From the NCBI GenBank assembly GCA_965279375.1, contig OZ257156.1, forward strand, positions 3,872,001-3,936,000: 64,000 nt of DNA. The letters are read 5' to 3'. A program made the position numbers and the translations under genes. Origin of the DNA: Gemmatimonas sp. (GTDB lineage Bacteria; Gemmatimonadota; Gemmatimonadetes; Gemmatimonadales; Gemmatimonadaceae). The number at the start of each line of letters is the position of its first letter. Position 1 is the first letter of the stretch. A model generated the notes under the pieces. It saw only the letters and a list, made by a program, of their open reading frames with translations. It was not told where the DNA came from and did no database searches. Below, one piece after another: positions 1 to 8,720 of this stretch.

Positions 1-1244
1 GCGTCGTCACCGCGCAGCAAGCGGGCGAGCCCGGGAACGGCGGCGGGCGTGGCCAACTGTGCCGCAATGCGGAGCGCGCCTCGTACCACGAAGGGGTCGT
101 CGTGCTCGAGCAGCTCCGCCAGCTCCAATACGTGCGAACGCGCGAGCTGCAACGATGCGCGTTCGATCGCCGCGCGTGCGGGCGACGCGGAGGCCGATCC
201 CAACCACCCGACCAGCGGCAAGAGTGCGGAGGGGCGCAACTCAGCAAACACGCCTTCGAGCAACGAGGCCACCGGTGCTCGCGCACTTTCGTCGAGGGCT
301 TGCAGCAGCTGCGACATCACCGTTGGATCGCTGAGCCGCACCGGCAGTTCGGTCAGCGCTTCAACGATCGAGGGCTCCGACACGCCCTTTCGCACAATGA
401 CGGCCGCTTCGCGCAGCACGAGGCCTACCATGCCGTACTCGCCGACGGATAGGAACTCGAGCAGGAGCTGATCGACAAGTCCGACCGCTTCGCGTTGCGC
501 GGCCACACCAACGGGCGCCTCGACAATGTCGAATAGCACGAGCACGGCACCGCGTCGCTGGTCCTCGGCGTACTCACGCTTCAACTCGTCCTGCAGGTAG
601 GCGATCTCGCGCTGGTCGAGGAAGTAGAGCGTGGAGTCAAAGTCTTCGACGCGAACGATGCCGGGCGGCGGGCCGTCGCCTGGCGCAGGCGTCTCTGCCC
701 CCGGCACGGCAAGCGGTGCGTCTCCTGTGTTGAACGACACGACGCCGCTGCGTTCGCCGCCGAGTGCAGGAAGATCGACTACGCCGTCGCCTTCGACATG
801 TTCGTACTCGAGCGCGGAGAGATCCGCCACCCAGAGCATGGTGACGAGATCGTCTTCGTCGGAGCGTGCAGACCGTGCGCGCTGGAGCACCGACATGAAC
901 GGCTCGAGATCAGTGCTCTCGAATCCGCGCTGGAACGTCAGTGTGCGCAGTCCGTCACGATACAGCAGCCACGGCAAGCCTTCGTTCGCGCGTTCGAGAT
1001 CGCTGTAGACTTCGCGATCCTCCCAGCGGAACGATGACTCGCGAATCTGGAGCTCGAGCGGATGCACGTGGCGCCAGAGCGCGCCGAACGCGTCGCGCGC
1101 GCGTTCGACCGCCTGTGCGCGCGCCGGATTGTTGGGGAGATACAACTGCGACGCACGAAGCGCCTTCGCGAATGCGCGGAGCACATCCTCGACGGCCGCG
1201 ATCGCCTGAGGCGACAGCGTAGCTTCGTCCGTCGCGCTGGTCAC
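1..1244 (-). CDS. HEAT-repeat-containing protein (3' end runs off the window; absent from the ORF track)
   Basis: Manual translation from GTG at 1244 (GTGA overlap with the trpB stop) is open to the window edge: [40 protein letters not shown]...[38 protein letters not shown]. The last part is a HEAT/PBS-lyase-like repeat. Confidence 0.8.
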   Translation of the reverse strand, partial: MTSATDEATLSPQAIAAVEDVLRAFAKALRASQLYLPNNPARAQAVERARDAFGALWRHVHPLELQIRESSFRWEDREVYSDLERANEGLPWLLYRDGLRTLTFQRGFESTDLEPFMSVLQRARSARSDEDDLVTMLWVADLSALEYEHVEGDGVVDLPALGGERSGVVSFNTGDAPLAVPGAETPAPGDGPPPGIVRVEDFDSTLYFLDQREIAYLQDELKREYAEDQRRGAVLVLFDIVEAPVGVAAQREAVGLVDQLLLEFLSVGEYGMVGLVLREAAVIVRKGVSEPSIVEALTELPVRLSDPTVMSQLLQALDESARAPVASLLEGVFAELRPSALLPLVGWLGSASASPARAAIERASLQLARSHVLELAELLEHDDPFVVRGALRIAAQLATPAAVPGLARLLRGDD

Positions 1245-2446
1245 GTCTCGGGAATCTCGTGCTGACTGATGGTCGCGACGTCCTTGTCACCGCGACCGCT
1301 GACGCACAGCAGCACCGGTTCGTTCTCGCTCCAGCGTCCCGCTTCCTTCTCGATCCAGGCGACCGCGTGCGCCGTTTCCAGCGCGGGGATGATGCCTTCG
1401 AGACGGCTGAGCAACGCGACGCCACGCAGCGCTTCGGTGTCGGTAATGGAGACGTACTGCGCGCGGCCGCTGTCGTTGAGCCACGCGTGCTCCGGTCCAA
1501 CGCCGGGATAGTCGAGGCCCGCCGAGATGGAGTGCGCGGGGTGCACCTGACCGTGTGCGTCCTGCAGCAGGTAGCTGAGCGCCCCGTGCAGCACGCCCGG
1601 CGTGCCCTTGGCGATGGAGGCGCTGTGCCGTTCGGTGTTGAGCCCTTCGCCTGCCGCTTCGACGCCGACCAGTTGCACGTCCGCGTCGTCCACAAAACCG
1701 GCGAAGATGCCCATCGCGTTCGAGCCGCCACCCACACAGGCGACGACGGTCTTGGGCAGTTGACCCACGCGCGAGAGCATCTGCCCACGCGATTCGCGCC
1801 CGATTACCGACTGGAACTCACGCACCATGCGCGGATAGGGTGCCGGTCCCACGACGGAGCCAATGATGTAGTGGCTCTCGTTGACGTTGGTGACCCAGTC
1901 GCGAATCGCTTCGCTGGTGGCATCCTTGAGTGTGCGCGTGCCCGACGTGACCGGTACTACCGTCGCGCCCATCAGTCGCATGCGGAAGACATTGAGCTGC
2001 TGCCGCTGCATGTCTTCTTCGCCCATGTACACGACGCACGTGAGACCAAATCGCGCGCAGATCGTGGCGGTCGCCACGCCGTGCTGACCAGCACCGGTTT
2101 CCGCGATGATGCGGCGCTTGCCCATGCGTCGCGCAAGAATCGCCTGCGCGACGGTGTTGTTGATCTTGTGGGCGCCCGTGTGGTTGAGATCTTCGCGCTT
2201 GAGCCACACCGGAGCACCGACGCGCGCCGAGAATCGCGGCGCGAACGTCAAGGGCGTTGGACGGCCGACGTACTCGCGCAACAGTCCATCGAGCTCGGAA
2301 CGAAACGCCTCGTCTGCAAGCGCGGTGCGAAACGCGACTTCCAACTCATCGAGCGCCGGAATGAGCGTCTCGGGCACGTATCGCCCGCCGAACGGTCCGA
2401 AGCGATCACTGGTTGGCGCCATCATCGTATCTGCTGCCGTCGTCAT
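1241..2446 (-). CDS. trpB: Tryptophan synthase beta chain
   Basis: [15 protein letters not shown] (PLP Lys), [27 protein letters not shown]. Confidence 0.98.
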   Translation of the reverse strand: MTTAADTMMAPTSDRFGPFGGRYVPETLIPALDELEVAFRTALADEAFRSELDGLLREYVGRPTPLTFAPRFSARVGAPVWLKREDLNHTGAHKINNTVAQAILARRMGKRRIIAETGAGQHGVATATICARFGLTCVVYMGEEDMQRQQLNVFRMRLMGATVVPVTSGTRTLKDATSEAIRDWVTNVNESHYIIGSVVGPAPYPRMVREFQSVIGRESRGQMLSRVGQLPKTVVACVGGGSNAMGIFAGFVDDADVQLVGVEAAGEGLNTERHSASIAKGTPGVLHGALSYLLQDAHGQVHPAHSISAGLDYPGVGPEHAWLNDSGRAQYVSITDTEALRGVALLSRLEGIIPALETAHAVAWIEKEAGRWSENEPVLLCVSGRGDKDVATISQHEIPET

Positions 2447-3105
2447 GCTCCCATCCCCATCGCGGCGTGCACCGCTGTCACGAACTGTTCTACGGCCGCC
2501 GGATCCTTCACACCGGGAGCAGTTTCCACGCCGGAAGATACGTCTACAACATCAGGTGCGAGGAGTCGAATCGCGTCCGCAATGTTTGACGGTCGCAATC
2601 CACCGGCGAGTACGACGCGCACGCCCGGAACAGCGGTGCGCAGCCGCGCGACAGCCGCGGCGAGTCCGGACCAGTCGAGTGCGACGCCAGTGCCGCCGAG
2701 TTGCCCCACGACTTTTGCATCGAGAACGATCCAACCCGCGGCAGCGGCAAGCGCAGTCGCGTCATCGGGAAGCTCCGTCCCTTCGACGCGCAAGACTGGC
2801 CAGACGGCACGTCCCGAGCGCGCCCTGATGACGTCGACGTCCCCCGGGGTGACATCGCCGTGCAGCTGCGACACGTCGAGGTCGAGCGCGCGGGTCGTGT
2901 CGACAATTTCATCAACGCTCTGCGAGCCGAACACCGCCACGCGCTCGACGCTGCTTCGACGCGGGCCGAGCACCGTCTGCGCCTGCGCGTTCGTGAGCAG
3001 ACGCGGACCGCTTGCGAGGATGACGCCCAGATAGTGCGCACCGCTCCGCTCCGCGTGCGCCGCGTCCGACGCGCGGGTGAGCCCGCAGAACTTGATGCGC
3101 GTCAT
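2443..3105 (-). CDS. trpF: Phosphoribosylanthranilate isomerase
   Basis: [11 protein letters not shown] start, [21 protein letters not shown]...KD. Confidence 0.95.
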   Translation of the reverse strand: MTRIKFCGLTRASDAAHAERSGAHYLGVILASGPRLLTNAQAQTVLGPRRSSVERVAVFGSQSVDEIVDTTRALDLDVSQLHGDVTPGDVDVIRARSGRAVWPVLRVEGTELPDDATALAAAAGWIVLDAKVVGQLGGTGVALDWSGLAAAVARLRTAVPGVRVVLAGGLRPSNIADAIRLLAPDVVDVSSGVETAPGVKDPAAVEQFVTAVHAAMGMGA

Positions 3106-3163
3106 GGGAAACGGTGTGCCGAAGCGCAACCAACGCCAATCGTCCCGCCACGAGGCGAGTCCA

Positions 3164-3988
3164 TCAGCGACCTCGACGTGCGACAACGCTGAGCGCGCGC
3201 ACGCTGTCGGCCGGATCGGCTGCCGCCGAGATGGCGCTGCCGACGAGCACGGCGTCGGCACCCGCATTGGCGGCCGGCTTCAGATCGGCAACGATGCGCA
3301 TGCCGCTTTCCGCGACGGCGATGCGGTCCGCCGGAATGGACGGAATGAGCCCCGGCGCATTGGCCGGATCGATGACGAGCGTTTCGAGATTGCGATTGTT
3401 GACGCCAATCACGCGCGCGTCGATGGAAAGCGCCGTGTCCAGCTCGGCCGCATCGCGTACTTCGACCAGCGTTTCGAGCCCGATCTCCGTCGCAGTGTCC
3501 GCCAGTTCGCGCAGCAACTCGTCCGAGAGCGATCGCACGATCAGCAGCACCGCCGATGCACCAGCCACGCGCGCTTCCCAGAGCTGCACTGGATGCACCA
3601 GAAAATCCTTGCGGATGGCCGGGACGGAGACGCGCTGCGCCACCGAGGCGAGATCCGCGAGTGTGCCACCGAATCGTGTCGGCTCGGTGAGTACCGAAAT
3701 GGCGCGGGCGCCGCCCTTCGCGTAGGCCGCTGCCTGCTCAGCCGCATCGAGGCCGGCGGCAATCGCGCCCTTGGAGGGCGAGGCGCGCTTCACCTCGGCG
3801 ATCACCGAGACGAACTCGTGGCGAAGTGCGATGGCAAAGGGGAGCGCGGCGGGAGCGTCCTTCGAGGCGGCGCGAAGCTCGGCGATGGTGTGGGCCACCG
3901 CTGCGGCACGCTCGTGAGCCGCTCGGGTGAGCTCGCCGAGGGTCCCCGTGGGGGGCGTCCACTGGCGTGGCGAAGAAAATGCTTGCAC
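3164..3988 (-). CDS. trpC: Indole-3-glycerol phosphate synthase (start uncertain, GTG 3988 chosen)
   Basis: IAEVKRASPSKG, ISVLTE, RKDF, GVNNRNL, VAESG. Confidence 0.93.
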   Translation of the reverse strand: MQAFSSPRQWTPPTGTLGELTRAAHERAAAVAHTIAELRAASKDAPAALPFAIALRHEFVSVIAEVKRASPSKGAIAAGLDAAEQAAAYAKGGARAISVLTEPTRFGGTLADLASVAQRVSVPAIRKDFLVHPVQLWEARVAGASAVLLIVRSLSDELLRELADTATEIGLETLVEVRDAAELDTALSIDARVIGVNNRNLETLVIDPANAPGLIPSIPADRIAVAESGMRIVADLKPAANAGADAVLVGSAISAAADPADSVRALSVVARRGR

Positions 3989-4011
3989 TTCGGCCTGTAT
4001 TCGGTTAGCGT
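3983..4011 (+). promoter_or_regulatory. Putative sigma70 promoter of lexA
   Basis: TTGCAC (3983-3988) - 17 bp - TAGCGT (4006-4011). Confidence 0.65.
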
Positions 4012-4030
4012 GGGTTTGGCCCTTGTTCGG
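3989..4030 (+). promoter_or_regulatory. Two candidate LexA operators (direct repeat TTYGG-N6-TTCGG)
   Basis: TTCGGcctgtaTTCGG 3989-4004 lies in the promoter spacer; TTTGGcccttgTTCGG 4015-4030 lies over the predicted start site. Confidence 0.55.
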
Positions 4031-4098
4031 GCTCCGGATCGAGCAGCAACCGTCACCGGTTGAGATGGACGCGATGTGCACCCTATCGAGGAGGCGCC

Positions 4099-4707
4099 AT
4101 GGCCCTGACAAAGCGCCAGCGGGAGATTCTGTCGTTTCTCTCCGAGTACAACGAGGCGAACGGTTACGCGCCGAGTTTCGAAGAGATCGCGTCGCAGTTC
4201 AACTATAACTCGCTGGCAACCGTCCACGAGCACCTCTCGAATCTCGAACGCAAGGGATACATCAAGCGTTCGTACAATGAGAGTCGCGCCATCGAGATCC
4301 TGCCGTCGGAGATCTATCAGCGCGCGGTCGAGTTGCCGTTGCTCGGCACCGTGGCCGCTGGCGCGCCGATCGAGGCGATGACCGTTGGTGAAACGATGGC
4401 AGTGCCCGACGGTTTCCTGCGGAAGAGTGGCAGCCACTACGTGCTACGCGTGCGCGGCGAATCGATGATCGAGGAGCAGATCCGCGATGGCGACTACGTC
4501 GTCATCAACGATCGGCAGGCGGCCGATAACGGCGAGATGGTGATCGCGCTTCTCGACGGGGCCGCGGCCACCGTCAAGCGCTACTACCGCGAGCGAGACG
4601 GGCGCATTCGTCTCCAGCCGGCCAACGAAGCGATGACGCCGCTCTTCGTGCACGAGGACGACGTGCGCATTCAGGGGATCGTCGTCGGCGTGCTGCGCCG
4701 CTACTGA
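4099..4707 (+). CDS. lexA: SOS repressor LexA
   Basis: MALTKRQ wHTH, VAAG cleavage site, GESM catalytic Ser, TVKR catalytic Lys; RBS GAGGAGG at 4088-4094. Confidence 0.97.
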   Translation: MALTKRQREILSFLSEYNEANGYAPSFEEIASQFNYNSLATVHEHLSNLERKGYIKRSYNESRAIEILPSEIYQRAVELPLLGTVAAGAPIEAMTVGETMAVPDGFLRKSGSHYVLRVRGESMIEEQIRDGDYVVINDRQAADNGEMVIALLDGAAATVKRYYRERDGRIRLQPANEAMTPLFVHEDDVRIQGIVVGVLRRY

Positions 4708-4717
4708 CCGAGTAGGC

Positions 4718-4748
4718 GTGCTGCGGCCCGCCGGGTCGGCTGCAGCGC
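4718..4748. terminator. GC-rich hairpin between convergent lexA and trpD
   Basis: gtgctgcggcc / ggctgcagcgc stem (with G-U pairs); no clear U-tract. Confidence 0.3.
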
Positions 4749-4827
4749 GAGGGATCCGCGGGCGATCCGTCGAGAGTGCAACGAAACAGAAAAGCGCGCC
4801 AGCAGTGAACTCGCCGACGAGTGACGA

Positions 4828-5856
4828 CTAGCGCTGCGAAGCGACGCGCAGGCGCGCCAACGCGTCTCGTCCGGCGCCCGCCTGCAGTGCCGTCCGTGCG
4901 CTTTCGACCGCGTCAGCAAAGAGGATGCCCTCGCGACTGACATAGAGCGCCGCCGCGGCGTTGAGCAGCACGGCCGCCCTCGCACCCGGCGGACCGCCAC
5001 CATCCAGCACGGCCGTGATCACCGCAGCGTTCTCGGTTGGGTCGCCGCCCGTCAGATCGCTTGCCTCGATGCCGCTGATTCCCGCGATCGTCGGGTCCAC
5101 GGTCCACGAATGCAGCGCGCCGGTGTCCACTTCCACCACCGTCGTCGGACCCAGCGGCGAGATCTCGTCCATGCCGGGCTCCCCGTGCACCACGAGGGCG
5201 CGTCGGGTGCCGAGTACGGCCAGCGTTTCAGCGATGAGCTGCAGCCTCGCAGGTTCGGCCACGCCAACCACCTGCCGACCTGCCCGCGCCGGATTGGCCA
5301 GCGGGCCAACCATGTTCATGACCGTCGGGATGGCCAGCTCACGACGCACCGGTCCCACATGTCGCAGCGCGGGGTGCATCAGCGGCGCGAACATGAAGAC
5401 GATCCCTGCGTCGCGCAGCGTGTCGGCCATCTTGGCTGGTGTCGTTTCGATGACCACCCCCAGCGCCTCGAGCACGTCGGCGCTCCCCGAACGGGAGGTG
5501 AATGAGCGATTGCCGTGCTTGGCCACGCGCACGCCCATGCCGGCAGCAAGCAAGGCCGCCGCCGTCGAGATGTTGAAGGTGGTGAGAGAGCCGCCGCCGG
5601 TCCCGCAGGTGTCTACCAGGTCGTCCGGGCTCTCGCTGGGCAATACCACCATCGCGGCGCGCAACGCGCTGACGACGCCCGCGACCTCGGCCGGCGTTTC
5701 TCCTTTCACACGGAGTGCCATGAGCACCGCGGCGACCTGTGCCGGCGTCCCTTCGCCGCGCATGATGACGCCAAAGGCCTCCGCAAGCGTGGCCGAGTCG
5801 AGGGATTCATGGGCGGCCAACCGCCGAATCGCGTGCGTCAGCGCGTCAGCGGACAT
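4828..5856 (-). CDS. trpD: Anthranilate phosphoribosyltransferase
   Basis: DTCGTGGG, FNIST, KHGNRS, GSADVLEALG, GMDEIS. Confidence 0.97.
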   Translation of the reverse strand: MSADALTHAIRRLAAHESLDSATLAEAFGVIMRGEGTPAQVAAVLMALRVKGETPAEVAGVVSALRAAMVVLPSESPDDLVDTCGTGGGSLTTFNISTAAALLAAGMGVRVAKHGNRSFTSRSGSADVLEALGVVIETTPAKMADTLRDAGIVFMFAPLMHPALRHVGPVRRELAIPTVMNMVGPLANPARAGRQVVGVAEPARLQLIAETLAVLGTRRALVVHGEPGMDEISPLGPTTVVEVDTGALHSWTVDPTIAGISGIEASDLTGGDPTENAAVITAVLDGGGPPGARAAVLLNAAAALYVSREGILFADAVESARTALQAGAGRDALARLRVASQR

Positions 5857-7156
5857 CGAGTGCGGCAAGCAGGCGTTCCGTCAGGTTGTTGCGTGACGCG
5901 ATGAGTGAGATGACCAAGCCGAGCAATCGCACGCGCTCGACATCTTCCTCGCCGTACACGCCGCGCTGCGCACGATTCGTCAGGTTGAGCACGCCGACGA
6001 GTTCGTCATGGTACACGAGCGGAAAACTGATGAAGCTACCCGTGGTGAAGTACTGATCACGCAGCAACGGATGCTGACCGGCTTCGCGGACGTCCTGCAC
6101 GAGGAGTGGTTGCCGAGCTGCGGCCACCCGTCCTGCCACGCCCTCGCCAATGCGGATGCGCATTCCCTCGGTGATGTTGGGCGCGATACCGCGCGCCGCC
6201 GCAAGGAAGAGATGATCAGGCTCGGGCGCGCGCAGCATCAGCGAACAGCGCTGCGCCTGCATGTCGTCGCCGACGAGTGAGAGCAGTCCGTCCACGAGTG
6301 CGCGCGCGTCGTGCGTGCCCGCATCGAGCGTGAGCACGCGGTCCACGAGGTAGAGCGTGCGCGTCCGCTGCCTGAGCGCTTCGCTGCGGCGGTGGAGTTC
6401 GACGTGTGCCTGCTCCAGCTGACCCACCGCCGCCGTCAACTGCTGGTCGGTCAGTTCGGCGCGACGGGAGGCGCGGCGGGCTTCTTCCGCGGCGCGAGCG
6501 GCGTCGGCCTGCATGGCGACCGACTCAGCGGCCCCCATCGAAGAGGAGTCGCGCGGCGTGTTGCGGGCCTCTCGCAGTTCGGCTTCGAGGACGCCGAGCT
6601 TGCGCACATACTCGCCGTGGACGCGCTGGGTGACGTCCTCGAGGGTGCGCACCGCTTCCTGGCGCGCGTCGCGTTCGGAGAGACGGCCGAAGGCGAGGTC
6701 GAACAGGGCGAGTGCCGGCGCGAGTCGCTCCGTAGTGCGGGTGCCGAAAATCTTGCGCGGTTCGTAGAGCGCGAGCACACCCGACAGCGCGCCTTCCACG
6801 CGCAGTCCGCGGAGCGACAGGAGCCCGCCGTCCACCGAGGAGCCGAAGCCGAAGAGGCGGGCGTAATCTGCCGACTTGTCAGTGACGTCCACGAACTGCC
6901 CACCTGCGGTCACCTTCGTGCGCAGCGCCTCGGGGAGATGGTCGTAGGTGGTTTCGATGCTTCCGTGGACGACCCGCGCGCCGACGGGGGCGAGTCGAGT
7001 GCGCAGCATATCGCGTCGCGCATCGTACAGCACGAAGGCGATGGCCGCCCCGCGATCGAGTTCGGCGAGGCACTCGCCAAGCGCGACGAGAGCGCCATCG
7101 AGGTCGGAGATGGCGCCCAACGCATGGGCGAGCGAGGCGAGAGAACGCGGAGGCAT
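5846..7156 (-). CDS. GAF-domain/coiled-coil protein with no output domain
   Basis: C-terminal GAF (RCSLML...GEGVAGRVA...SFISFPL...VGVLNLTN), central helical coiled coil, N-terminal GAF-like region. Confidence 0.8.
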   Translation of the reverse strand: MPPRSLASLAHALGAISDLDGALVALGECLAELDRGAAIAFVLYDARRDMLRTRLAPVGARVVHGSIETTYDHLPEALRTKVTAGGQFVDVTDKSADYARLFGFGSSVDGGLLSLRGLRVEGALSGVLALYEPRKIFGTRTTERLAPALALFDLAFGRLSERDARQEAVRTLEDVTQRVHGEYVRKLGVLEAELREARNTPRDSSSMGAAESVAMQADAARAAEEARRASRRAELTDQQLTAAVGQLEQAHVELHRRSEALRQRTRTLYLVDRVLTLDAGTHDARALVDGLLSLVGDDMQAQRCSLMLRAPEPDHLFLAAARGIAPNITEGMRIRIGEGVAGRVAAARQPLLVQDVREAGQHPLLRDQYFTTGSFISFPLVYHDELVGVLNLTNRAQRGVYGEEDVERVRLLGLVISLIASRNNLTERLLAALDVR

Positions 7157-7240
7157 GGACGGAAGGAGGAAATACTGCCGAACGCGGCCGCGCAATGTGG
7201 CTCACGTCGATTCTTCACCGCAATTGGGCGTCTTCGTCGG

Positions 7241-7269
7241 TTGAAGCGCAACGAACGCGGACATAGCTT
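7241..7269 (+). promoter_or_regulatory. Putative sigma70 promoter of the truA operon (near-leaderless)
   Basis: TTGAAG-N17-TAGCTT, 9 nt before ATG 7279, no SD. Confidence 0.55.
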
Positions 7270-7278
7270 CCCCGCGCC

Positions 7279-8055
7279 ATGGACCCTCGCCCTATCCTCC
7301 TCGTAACGCAGTATGACGGAGGCCGATTCTCCGGGTGGCAGCGCCAGCCGATCGCGCGCACGGTCCAGGGGGAGATGGAGTCGGTGCTGGCGCGCCTGTG
7401 CGAGGGACCGGTTCCCGCGGTCGGCGCTGGTCGGACCGACGCCGGCGTGCATGCCCACGGACAGGGGGTTGGCGTGCGGGTGGGAGAGCGCTGGACCCCG
7501 CATTCCCTCCGAAAAGCGATGAATGCGCTCCTGCCGCCAGACATCTGGATCGCGACGTCCCACCGGATGGTTCCGGAATTCCACCCCCGCAGGAGCGCAA
7601 CTGGGCGTCGGTACCGTTATCTTGTTGGCACGGATGACGCGGCCCGTTCCCCGTTCCGCCGTCGCTACGAGTGGCCCTTGGGGCGCCTGCTCGATGGTGA
7701 TGTGCTGCGCGAGGAAGCCACGGCTCTGCTTGGAGAACATACGTTTCGCGCCTTCGCCATCGCACATACGGCGCCTGTCGACGACCATCACCGCTGCGTG
7801 ATTCATCACGCCGCGTGGACGGAACGCGAAGGCGGCTGGGTTTTCGAAGTCACAGCGAACCGATTTCTCCATCACATGGTCCGATTCCTTGTGGGCACGA
7901 TGGTCGAGGTAGCACAGGGGCGTCGTCCGCGCGGTACCATCGCGCGGCTGTTGCTGGCCCCGGACAACGCCGACACCACCGCGCCCGCGCCATCCGAGGG
8001 ATTGTCGTTGCACGAAGTCACCTATCCGTCGCACCTGTACGAGGGCGAGTCGTGA
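7279..8055 (+). CDS. truA: tRNA pseudouridine(38-40) synthase
   Basis: YDG..FSGWQRQ, AGRTDAGVHA, FLHHMVR, APSEGL. Confidence 0.97.
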   Translation: MDPRPILLVTQYDGGRFSGWQRQPIARTVQGEMESVLARLCEGPVPAVGAGRTDAGVHAHGQGVGVRVGERWTPHSLRKAMNALLPPDIWIATSHRMVPEFHPRRSATGRRYRYLVGTDDAARSPFRRRYEWPLGRLLDGDVLREEATALLGEHTFRAFAIAHTAPVDDHHRCVIHHAAWTEREGGWVFEVTANRFLHHMVRFLVGTMVEVAQGRRPRGTIARLLLAPDNADTTAPAPSEGLSLHEVTYPSHLYEGES

Positions 8056-8720
8056 GGCTCTTTCTGGCGACGGACGCACTCGACGATGTTCGATGGGCGA
8101 CCGAGCGCGCGTTGATCGACGGGGTGGTGCTCCCCGACTCCGCGCTGCACGGTGCCTCCACGCAGGAAGCCTCGATGACATGGCTCGCGGATTTCGCGCG
8201 AGCGGCTGCGATGCCGGTGTTCGTGGCGCTCGATGCCGCCGACGCCGAGGAGGCTGAAGCCGACGCCGAGCGCCTCGGACGTGCGGCGGATCACGTGGTG
8301 ATTCAGCTGCCGTTCGCCGAGCCGTACATCCCGCTTATGCATCGACTGGCGTCGTCCGGGGTGAAGGTGGCGGCGACGTTCATCGGGTCCGCCTCGCAGG
8401 CGATGTTGGCTGCACGCACCGGGGTCGCGTTCCTGTTCGTCGACATCGATCGTATCGATGCCGGCGGTGGTGACGGCGCGAGCGTGTTGCGCCAGGCCCG
8501 CGCGATTCTCGACGCGGGCCAAAGCGAATCGGAGTTGGTCGCGGTGTTCCCTTCACCGGGCGCATCGGTGATCGGGTGCGCGGTGGCCGGCGCACACGCC
8601 GCCGTCATTGGTGCAGCGGCATTGCGCGCCATGGTGGCCTATCCCTTTACCGATCAATCACTCGTGGATCCTGCACGACGACCGGTGCAAGGCGAACGTC
8701 TGCGAGTCACACCCAACTGA
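8052..8720 (+). CDS. Transaldolase/FSA-family protein, catalytic residues substituted
   Basis: Colinear with TalC/Fsa by eye (VRLFLAT, LIDGV, VVIQLP, GVKVAATF, QAMLAARTG, RID); GTGA overlap with truA. Confidence 0.75.
   Translation: MRLFLATDALDDVRWATERALIDGVVLPDSALHGASTQEASMTWLADFARAAAMPVFVALDAADAEEAEADAERLGRAADHVVIQLPFAEPYIPLMHRLASSGVKVAATFIGSASQAMLAARTGVAFLFVDIDRIDAGGGDGASVLRQARAILDAGQSESELVAVFPSPGASVIGCAVAGAHAAVIGAAALRAMVAYPFTDQSLVDPARRPVQGERLRVTPN

Noticed and set aside
1259..3034. 591-aa plus-strand ORF
   Set aside because: Antisense to trpB/trpF; no recognisable domain.
4024..4045. Imperfect palindrome TGTTCG-N10-CGAGCA as an alternative LexA box
   Set aside because: It is a single imperfect copy, whereas the direct repeat occurs three times. 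Not fully excluded.
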